From the NCBI GenBank assembly GCA_017558145.1, contig JAFYWF010000116.1, positions 4,415 through 68,414 of the forward strand: a DNA stretch of 64,000 nt, read 5' to 3'. Shown here in pieces: positions 36,741-44,458 of this stretch (positions within the stretch are counted from its first letter, which is position 1; every line of letters starts with the position of its first letter). Under the pieces are notes generated by a model. The model saw only the letters and a program-made list of their open reading frames with translations. It made no database searches and was not told where the DNA came from. This stretch comes from Lachnospiraceae bacterium (lineage in GTDB: Bacteria; Bacillota; Clostridia; Lachnospirales; Lachnospiraceae). A program made the translations under genes and the position numbers.

Positions 36741-38003
36741 TTAATTGTTCATATATATACTTTTTATCACTTCTGCAAGATCCTCTGATGCATGTCCCGT
36801 AAAAACTATTCCAAGTTCATCAAATATATCATCAATAGCTATTTCATACTCTTTTTCATTGAATTTAGAAATGATTTGCTCAAGCTCATCATTATTTGTT
36901 GCTATTGCGAATGGAAATTTTGCATCAAATGTAGGAGTAATATCCTTATTGTTTCTAACATTATCCAACGGATCTGTTGCTATATTCCACATAAGCTCTC
37001 CTCTGTCATTTGCATATTTTTGTATGTCATCTGCATAAATAAACACGGGAATCTTTGCATACCCTGCTTCAAAACAGGCACTTGAATAATCTGTTATATA
37101 TCCATCCATTGCCGCCAGTATTTCATACATATCATCAGCCTTACTCTCATTTATGATTCTGTCGTTAACTTCCTCATCCTTATAGTCTTCAAAAGTAGGT
37201 GCAAGCTGTGGATGTACTCTTACGCATATATACCATGTTCCTGTGAATTTCTTTTCCAGGACATTGATAAGTCGTTTAAAATCCAAACTCCAAATTTCCG
37301 AAAACACAAACCTCTTCCCGTCTTTTGCTCCTTCTCTAAAAGTAGGTGCATACATAAGTATCTTTGCATCCAATGGAAGATTATGTTTTTTTCTAAAATT
37401 CTCTTTTTGTACTGTTCTGTCCCCGTACATCACATCCACTCTTGGAGCTCCTGTCATCTGATAGGTTCCACCGTACACAAGACCTTTTGGGGACACTTCT
37501 TCACACCATCTTGAATCTATTACCAAATCATCTATCATATCCGAGTCATTTTTGCTTACCAGATATGCCATTTTAGAAAATCCTTTTCCGCGCCAAAGTC
37601 CGGTACATTTGATTGCTATTGTATAATGATTCACATTTAAATAGTACTGGGCTTTTCTTTTAACAGTGCCATATGGTTTTCTGTAGTTATCTATCCATAC
37701 TTTGGATCTCGTAAGATAATATGCACGATTTAAAAGCGTATTGGGAACTTTTTTTATATAGTTTGGAAATTCTTTATTCATATCATTTACAAACCACACA
37801 AATTCATAATCCGGCTTTTGCTTGTGAAGTGCCTGTACAAGATATTTGGGATTGCACCCAAATCCACCTTTTCCTTCAAAGGTACATACACTGATTAGAT
37901 TTTTCTTTATAGGAAATATTCTGCATGCATAAAAGCATAAGCTATCTCCAAAAGCTTTTATTCTTCTTTTCAATATATACAATTCTGTTTTTATTCTTCC
38001 CAT
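36741..38003 (-). CDS. CDP-glycerol/polyol-phosphate transferase, TagB/TagF family
   Basis: ILMYAPTFREG, ICVRVHPQL and DGYITDYSSACFEAGYAKIPVFIYADD are classic Glyphos_transf blocks. Confidence 0.85.
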   Translation of the reverse strand: MGRIKTELYILKRRIKAFGDSLCFYACRIFPIKKNLISVCTFEGKGGFGCNPKYLVQALHKQKPDYEFVWFVNDMNKEFPNYIKKVPNTLLNRAYYLTRSKVWIDNYRKPYGTVKRKAQYYLNVNHYTIAIKCTGLWRGKGFSKMAYLVSKNDSDMIDDLVIDSRWCEEVSPKGLVYGGTYQMTGAPRVDVMYGDRTVQKENFRKKHNLPLDAKILMYAPTFREGAKDGKRFVFSEIWSLDFKRLINVLEKKFTGTWYICVRVHPQLAPTFEDYKDEEVNDRIINESKADDMYEILAAMDGYITDYSSACFEAGYAKIPVFIYADDIQKYANDRGELMWNIATDPLDNVRNNKDITPTFDAKFPFAIATNNDELEQIISKFNEKEYEIAIDDIFDELGIVFTGHASEDLAEVIKSIYMNN

Positions 38004-38027
38004 TTTTACCTCTTAAGTAAATGCATA

Positions 38028-38762
38028 TCACTTCTCTGATACTAGACTTGTCAAACTTTCCGGTATATTTGCTGCTGCACGCTCATAATCCTCTAAAAAA
38101 TCCACTTCAGCCCAAAAAGCATCTTCTGTAGAAACAGTTTTTATGTCGTAATTTTCTTCATCGATTAATCTTTGTATTGCACTTTCAAAATAAGCTGTAA
38201 ATTCCTTTTCTTTCAAAAGTTGTTTAGTTTTTGCTTTTAATGCAGGCAGCACCTCTTTACGAAAAGAAGCCATCCCTATAAATTCGCCTTCAGCTTCATC
38301 CAATGACATTTGCTTTGTGATTTCGATTACTTTTCCATTTTTACTACGTACCTTCATGGCTTCGTCATCACACTTTTTATAATCCACCGGAAGAATTACA
38401 TCTGCTTCTAATTTAAGCATTTTTTCAAAGATAATTGGCTCGCACAGAGTATCTGCATGCAAATATACAAAATCATCACTTAAGGCTTCCATTCCCATAT
38501 AAAACGATCCCAGCACATTCACCATTTCATAAAAAGGATTATACATTAAACACACATTGTCCATATCTTTTGTCAATTCTTCAAAGGCTTCACACTGATA
38601 TCCTGTGACAATAACTATTTTCTCAATTCCATAATATTGCAATAATTGCAGATTATATTCAATCAATTTTTTACCTGCGATTTCTGCAAAGGATTTTGGT
38701 TTCCCTTCCGTTAATTTCCCTAATCTGCTGCCTTTTCCGGCTGCCATAATAATTGCCTGCAT
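38028..38762 (-). CDS. LicC-like sugar/alcohol-phosphate nucleotidyl(cytidylyl)transferase
   Basis: MQAIIMAAGKGSRLGKLTEGKPKSFAEIAGKKLIEYNLQLL is the NTP_transferase G-rich loop. 244 aa. Confidence 0.8.
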   Translation of the reverse strand: MQAIIMAAGKGSRLGKLTEGKPKSFAEIAGKKLIEYNLQLLQYYGIEKIVIVTGYQCEAFEELTKDMDNVCLMYNPFYEMVNVLGSFYMGMEALSDDFVYLHADTLCEPIIFEKMLKLEADVILPVDYKKCDDEAMKVRSKNGKVIEITKQMSLDEAEGEFIGMASFRKEVLPALKAKTKQLLKEKEFTAYFESAIQRLIDEENYDIKTVSTEDAFWAEVDFLEDYERAAANIPESLTSLVSEK

Positions 38763-38764
38763 AT

Positions 38765-39913
38765 CTAATTCTCCATTGCTTTCTTAAATATTTTTTTAAT
38801 AATATCCGATTCTTCACTTAATTTATCATTAGAAAGATTTCCTGTTACCTGACCGCTCAATTCATCCAGCATTTGCTCTTGTATTCCCAAATCAGATAAT
38901 AAATACAAGATGTCTAATTTATTCAAAAATACCTTAAACATATTTTCTGCCTCTTCTGCAGACTTTACTTTTGAGTATCCTAACCCATTTAATATCTGAT
39001 TTATTTTTTCTTGATTAACTTCATATTCATATTTTATCCATGCGGGGTATAGTGCCAACAATCCTGCTCCGTGACTGGTATCTGTATATGCTCCTATAGA
39101 ATACTGCATACGATGCGGTAAACATGTTCCTACATTTGCAAGATTCATTCCTACTATCATGCTGGCATAACACATCTGACTTCGTGCTTCATGATTATCC
39201 AAATCCTGTTTTAATAACGAAAGATTATGACCTACAATCTGAATTGCTTTTTCTGATATCATCTCAGAAAACGGATTTGCTTTTACAGCTACATAACTCT
39301 CAATAGCATGCGCCAAAACATCAAATCCTGTCTCCATAGTTATTTTTTCCGGAACTGTCCATGTAAACATATCGTCTACAATCGCAATTTTCGGCAAAAT
39401 ATTTTTACCGCGTATTCCTGTTTTAATTCTGTGATATGTGCTGGAAATAATTGCTCCTTTACTTAGTTCAGTGCCGGTTCCTGCTGTTGTAGGAATTGCA
39501 ATAATTGGCAGAGTCTCTTTTCTCGGCTCTTTTCCTTCCAATAAATATGTCTCGATAGGCTCTTCTACAGGTATTCCTACTGCAACTGCTTTGGCAGCAT
39601 CAATAGCACTTCCTCCACCAAATCCAATGACACAATCAATTGATCTTTCTTTTCCAATCTCAATTGCCTGTTTTACTTCTTCTAACTTTGGATTTTGACT
39701 AATCTTATCGTAAATATATATCTTATTATTTCCGATTATCTCAACAATTGCTTGCTGAATTAACTGCTGATATCCATGTTTCACAAGACTTCTTCCGGTA
39801 GTAATAATCATTATATTTCCGATTAATCTCGCTTTTTCTTTTTGCAATGCCTCTTTCCATATATTGGTTCCAAAATAAATCTTAGTAGATAATTCAAAAG
39901 TAAATTCTTTCAT
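38765..39913 (-). CDS. Iron-containing (group III) alcohol dehydrogenase family oxidoreductase
   Basis: VIGFGGGSAIDAAKAVA, with downstream His-rich metal ligands (DVLAHAIE, CLPHRMQYS). Confidence 0.8.
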   Translation of the reverse strand: MKEFTFELSTKIYFGTNIWKEALQKEKARLIGNIMIITTGRSLVKHGYQQLIQQAIVEIIGNNKIYIYDKISQNPKLEEVKQAIEIGKERSIDCVIGFGGGSAIDAAKAVAVGIPVEEPIETYLLEGKEPRKETLPIIAIPTTAGTGTELSKGAIISSTYHRIKTGIRGKNILPKIAIVDDMFTWTVPEKITMETGFDVLAHAIESYVAVKANPFSEMISEKAIQIVGHNLSLLKQDLDNHEARSQMCYASMIVGMNLANVGTCLPHRMQYSIGAYTDTSHGAGLLALYPAWIKYEYEVNQEKINQILNGLGYSKVKSAEEAENMFKVFLNKLDILYLLSDLGIQEQMLDELSGQVTGNLSNDKLSEESDIIKKIFKKAMEN

Positions 39914-39921
39914 ACATTTAT

Positions 39922-41454
39922 TTACAGATTTTCTATCCGTACCTCTCTATCATTTCTTATTTTGTCCAAAATCTCTATTCTTCTGACATATAAGTCTTTT
40001 AATGAATTATAAGTTTCTTTATACAATTCATACATATATATGTATTTACGGTGATTTTCCAAGTTTGGCTTTATAATCATTCTAATTAATGCAAATTTAT
40101 TAGCTGCTTCTTTCATATTCTGATAAACACCCTGACCTGCCAATACCATCATTGCTGCACCTGATGCTGTAGTTTCGAATTCTGCCAATACCATAACATC
40201 TCTTCCCAAAACATCGGCTTTAATTTGAGATATCAGGTTTATTCTCGCCAATCCCCCTGATAAACGTACAGATTCTATGTCCACTCCTGTTTCCTTTATT
40301 GCATCAATAATATCCAAGTCAATAAAGCCTGTACTTTCAAAAACGGCTCTTGTCATATCTTTACGTGTATGCATTCTTTCCAAGCCAAAGAAAACACCTC
40401 TGGCATTATTATCCCATACCGGTGTTCTCTCTCCCAATAAATATGGTAAGAAAATTAGACCTTTGGCTCCTATTTCAGATTCATTTGCATCTTTTTCCAT
40501 GATTTCATATGGATATTGTTCTCCCTGATAATAACATTGCTTTACCCATTCTATCAATCCTCCCCCTAAATTATTGGATCCTCCAACTATATTGGCATCT
40601 TCCTGATAGAATGGAACATTATATATCTTATTACTATTAACTAAACCTTTTTTCTTGCTTAAAGCTCTAAAAACAGTTACTGTGCCGGATACATCACTAG
40701 CTTCTCCTTCTTCTGATACACCACTGCCTATAAATGAACATATTGCATCATACGAAGTTACAACGACTTTAATATCTTGATTTGAATTTATTTTCTCCGC
40801 TGTATTCCGATTAATCTTCCCAATACAAACTCCTGTATCAGTTACTTCCGGTAACTTATTTACAGATATTCCTAATTTTTTTAGAAAAACTTCAGGATAC
40901 ATCTTTTTAGCCAAATCATAATGATACTTTGTTGCATTTAAATAATCTGTAACACATTCTCCGCAAAGTTTATAGATCAAATAATCATTAGGTGTCATAA
41001 AATAACGTGTTTTTTCAAACATTTCCGGTAAATTTCTTTTAACCCATAATATTTTAGGTAACATAAGACTTACAGACATATCTAATCCGGTATTCTTTTT
41101 AACTTCTTCAAATTCTTTCATTTCTGAAATCATTTGAACTTCTTTTTCTGCACGCTTATCTGAAACCATAAACGCTTTTCCTAACGGATTTCCATTAGAA
41201 TCAACACATACCAAACAAGATGCAGATGTTGTAACTGTTATATATTCTATCTTGACATTTCCGGCATCTTTTAATGCTTTTCTCATTACGATTTCAGCCT
41301 TTTCCCACCATTCCGCAGGATCCTGCTCAACCCTTTTATCATTTATTGCTGTATTTATTGCTATAGCTGCACTTCCGAGTTTTAAACCATTCTGATTAAA
41401 AATAATACATCGTATACTTTTTAATCCCATATTAATAACCATGACATTATTCAT
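39922..41454 (-). CDS. FGGY-family carbohydrate/polyol kinase
   Basis: ORF 39922..41472, whose track start is TTG. ATG at 41454 follows AAAAGGA. VMVINMGLKSIRCIIFNQNG...QDPAEWW, and a C-terminal GGLARINLISQIKADVLG. Confidence 0.8.
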   Translation of the reverse strand: MNNVMVINMGLKSIRCIIFNQNGLKLGSAAIAINTAINDKRVEQDPAEWWEKAEIVMRKALKDAGNVKIEYITVTTSASCLVCVDSNGNPLGKAFMVSDKRAEKEVQMISEMKEFEEVKKNTGLDMSVSLMLPKILWVKRNLPEMFEKTRYFMTPNDYLIYKLCGECVTDYLNATKYHYDLAKKMYPEVFLKKLGISVNKLPEVTDTGVCIGKINRNTAEKINSNQDIKVVVTSYDAICSFIGSGVSEEGEASDVSGTVTVFRALSKKKGLVNSNKIYNVPFYQEDANIVGGSNNLGGGLIEWVKQCYYQGEQYPYEIMEKDANESEIGAKGLIFLPYLLGERTPVWDNNARGVFFGLERMHTRKDMTRAVFESTGFIDLDIIDAIKETGVDIESVRLSGGLARINLISQIKADVLGRDVMVLAEFETTASGAAMMVLAGQGVYQNMKEAANKFALIRMIIKPNLENHRKYIYMYELYKETYNSLKDLYVRRIEILDKIRNDREVRIENL

Positions 41455-41618
41455 TGTTAATTTCCTTTTCAATTATAATCAGTCTCTTTTCAAAATTCTA
41501 CTTTTGTAAAAGTAAAAAGACATCGAAAATCGATGCCTTATAAATCATACTAATATTATATCACTTCCTGTGATACTCTTATACGAGTTTTGCTTCCCTG
41601 CATCTTATTCTGATAATA
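41455..41618 (-). ncRNA. Conserved 5' leader, copy L2 (twin GGA-loop hairpins plus an intrinsic-terminator-like hairpin)
   Basis: In RNA sense: UGC-AGGGAA-GCA (rc 41591-41602), AUCAC-AGGAA-GUGAU (rc 41560-41574), and GGCAUCGA-UUU-UCGAUGUC (rc 41519-41537) followed by UUUUUACUUUU (rc 41507-41518). The SD AAAAGGA and the ATG at 41454 follow. Confidence 0.5.
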
Positions 41619-41645
41619 ATATCGGAAATTTTGCGAATTAGCTTA
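41619..41645 (-). promoter_or_regulatory. Sigma-D/sigma-28-type promoter (TAAG-N16-CCGATAT), copy L2
   Basis: Minus strand: TAAG (rc 41642-41645), 16-nt spacer, CCGATAT (rc 41619-41625). Confidence 0.6.
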
Positions 41646-41665
41646 ACCTTTTTGGTAATATTCCT

Positions 41666-43462
41666 TTACTTGCTCTTGGGTAAATACAGCTCTGGTACAT
41701 TAGTAATTATATCTGTCACACCAAACATAGCATATTTTTCAAGATGCTTTTCCTTTAGCTGTCTTGTCTGCCCAAAGAAAGGCTCTTCTCCATTCCATGC
41801 TCTTACAGGAATACCTTCTGTCTGTTTGATTTCTTCTTCATCTACAGACAATCCTCCAATCCATGGATGAATTGCATCTGCTTCGTATTTTAGATAATCC
41901 AATCGACACTGTTCCATATCCACTCCCAAGATTCCGGTTTGAGCATATGGTGCTAACTTCTTAATTAGTCCCATGGATTCTGGTAGGAAGGAAGAATATA
42001 CAATATTCTCTTCCAAACCATAATCAGCTACCAATTGAAGAACTTTTTCTTCCATACCTTCATAGCGGATAATACTGTTCTTCAGCTCAATGTTAATCAG
42101 AAATTTTCCCTCCGGTCTTTCTTCTTCACACACAGAATATAATAAACGGAATACTTCTTCTAAGGTAGGAATTGTTGTATATGTTCCATTTACACTTGCA
42201 ATTTTCAAGTTCTTCAGTTCTTGCAAAGTATAATCACAAACCCTTCCTTTTCCATTGGTGGATCGATCTACAGTTTCATCATGTATTACTACCAATTCTC
42301 CATCTTTGGTCAGCTGAACATCCAATTCGATTCCAGTAATACCTTTGATTTCAGAAGCTGCTTTGAATGCTTCCAATGTATTCTCAGGATAAGCCATACT
42401 GCAACCTCTATGAGCCCAGAATCGAATATTCTTTTTATCTATACTATTGTTTGTATCTTCTTTATCATCTTGAGAATTACTGTTCAATTTCTTAGTCTCT
42501 TGTTTTCGATTTCGATATTTCAGATACTGTTCCATTTTATCTGCCAACCAAATACTCTCTTCCGGTGTTACAATAGGGACCATTCCATCTAATATCTGTT
42601 CCACAAAAGCCTTAACTTCATATCGAAGCCCTTGCCCTTCATACGGGAATTCGTAAATGTCTTTTTTGTTAGGGTTTTCATATCTTACTTCAAATCGTCT
42701 TGTTAACCACCAAGGAGCCTGCACCACAATATAACCTACACTTCCTGCAATTACTAATTGGCCCTCCGACTTTACTTCCAATCCCGTTTTCGCTAACCCT
42801 GTCGCACTACCATATTCAAAACTTGCTTTAGTATAGATATCCGTTCCGTTTATAGCCAAAGCGGAATGAAACTGAAGATCTGTTTCTTCCGTTCCCAATA
42901 GTTTCAAGGAAGGAAGCATGGAATAAGTACCTAATTCTAAGAAACTTCCTCCATGATTAGAATCTAAAATTTCTCTCATATTGGTTGAACCTAATTTAGA
43001 AAAACATGCTTCCACATCATATATTTTTCCTATTTTTCCGCTTTTAATTACCTGTTGCAATGCCTGGAATCCAGGACAATACGCTGTCTTGATACCTTCC
43101 ATTAGTACAAGATTATTTTCTTCTGCTATAGCAAATAACTCTTCCGCTTGTGCTTTAGAAAATACCATAGGCTTTTCACACAATACATGTTTTCCTGCCA
43201 ACAACATCTTTTTGGCATATTCATAATGTGTTTCATGCGGTGTTGCAATATATATAGCATCTACAGCCTCTATAAATTCATCTTTTTTATCGGTATAATT
43301 TGAAATAAACAATTCCGTTGCAAATAATTTTGCACTATTAAGATTAGGATTATAAACTGCACTTACTTCTATTCTTTCCACATATCTTGCTTCAGGTACA
43401 AAACGCTTTGCAATTCGTCCAGTTCCAATGATACCTAATCTTATTTTATAATTATTTTCCAT
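41666..43462 (-). CDS. Fusion: Gfo/Idh/MocA oxidoreductase (N) + glycerophosphodiester phosphodiesterase GDPD (C)
   Basis: N-terminus IRLGIIGTGRIAKRF...EKPMVFS. C-terminus FWAHRGCSMAYPENTLEAFKAA...GIELDVQLTKDGELVVIHDETVDRSTNG (GDPD HR..E..D..H pattern). The N-domain is a paralog of the C-domain of 48834..50177. Confidence 0.75.
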   Translation of the reverse strand: MENNYKIRLGIIGTGRIAKRFVPEARYVERIEVSAVYNPNLNSAKLFATELFISNYTDKKDEFIEAVDAIYIATPHETHYEYAKKMLLAGKHVLCEKPMVFSKAQAEELFAIAEENNLVLMEGIKTAYCPGFQALQQVIKSGKIGKIYDVEACFSKLGSTNMREILDSNHGGSFLELGTYSMLPSLKLLGTEETDLQFHSALAINGTDIYTKASFEYGSATGLAKTGLEVKSEGQLVIAGSVGYIVVQAPWWLTRRFEVRYENPNKKDIYEFPYEGQGLRYEVKAFVEQILDGMVPIVTPEESIWLADKMEQYLKYRNRKQETKKLNSNSQDDKEDTNNSIDKKNIRFWAHRGCSMAYPENTLEAFKAASEIKGITGIELDVQLTKDGELVVIHDETVDRSTNGKGRVCDYTLQELKNLKIASVNGTYTTIPTLEEVFRLLYSVCEEERPEGKFLINIELKNSIIRYEGMEEKVLQLVADYGLEENIVYSSFLPESMGLIKKLAPYAQTGILGVDMEQCRLDYLKYEADAIHPWIGGLSVDEEEIKQTEGIPVRAWNGEEPFFGQTRQLKEKHLEKYAMFGVTDIITNVPELYLPKSK

Positions 43463-43516
43463 ATCTTTTATAAGAATTATTTCTTCCTTTTCTCCTTTTG
43501 TATGAACGGCTTCTGT

Positions 43517-44449
43517 TCATATGTTATCTATTTGTTTGGCCATGGATACTCCGGTATCATAAATTACCTTTAGTACTGCTTCTGATAGTTTATGAGGAAA
43601 ACTATTCATGGCAGGAAATGTTTCAAAACTTAAGGTACCTTTATATCCTATTTCTTTTAATGCCTTTAAAATTCCTTCCCAATCAGCACCTCTATCTTCT
43701 CCCTTACCGAATGTGTATGGTAGCTGATGAGTATCGTCTGTTCCATTATTTTCATGAAGATGTAATACCTTAATTCTTGAACCCATTTTCTTAATAAAAT
43801 CATATGGATCTTTCTTTGCCAATTGAAGATGTCCGGTATCAAGGCAGAAACCAAATAATTCTTCCCCTGCATACTCATTAAGAGTGTCTATATACCAAAT
43901 AGCATCTTCTACATCAGAACATACACCTTCTACAATTCTTCCTCCAACACTTTCGTAAAGATTTTCTAAACAAACTCTAACACCACACTGTTTTAACAAT
44001 GGCACCAACATCTTAAAATATTCCAGATTCGTTTGCTTTTCTGCTTCTTTTCCTTTGCTATATTGTAATTTAAAAGGATGGATTACTACCCACGGTACTC
44101 CCATGGCTTCCGCAATAATAATACTTTTAGGAATTACATTTCCTTGCATATACGCCGTTGCTTTTCCATTTCCCGGTACATACACAGGATATGGTGCATG
44201 CATCTGCGAAGGTAATAAACCATACATATCCATTGCATGTTTATATTTTCCAAAAATAGTTACCAACTCCGGTATCTCTTTGTCAAAAAACTTATTTAAT
44301 TTTCCTGCATATACATTGCTATTGATTAAAAATGCATCTAGATTAAAATCCACCTTGGTAAATCCAGCATTTGCAATTTTTTGAAATCCCTTCGTTATAT
44401 CGCCTTGTTCTGTAACAATTCCTTTTGTTTGTACTCCTATTGTCAACAT
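43517..44449 (-). CDS. Xylose-isomerase-like TIM-barrel sugar(-phosphate) isomerase/epimerase
   Basis: VCLENL...FCLDTGHLQLA...VLHLHENNGTDDTHQLPYTFG...GTLSFETF. Confidence 0.7.
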   Translation of the reverse strand: MLTIGVQTKGIVTEQGDITKGFQKIANAGFTKVDFNLDAFLINSNVYAGKLNKFFDKEIPELVTIFGKYKHAMDMYGLLPSQMHAPYPVYVPGNGKATAYMQGNVIPKSIIIAEAMGVPWVVIHPFKLQYSKGKEAEKQTNLEYFKMLVPLLKQCGVRVCLENLYESVGGRIVEGVCSDVEDAIWYIDTLNEYAGEELFGFCLDTGHLQLAKKDPYDFIKKMGSRIKVLHLHENNGTDDTHQLPYTFGKGEDRGADWEGILKALKEIGYKGTLSFETFPAMNSFPHKLSEAVLKVIYDTGVSMAKQIDNI

Positions 44450-44458
44450 ATTTTTCTC

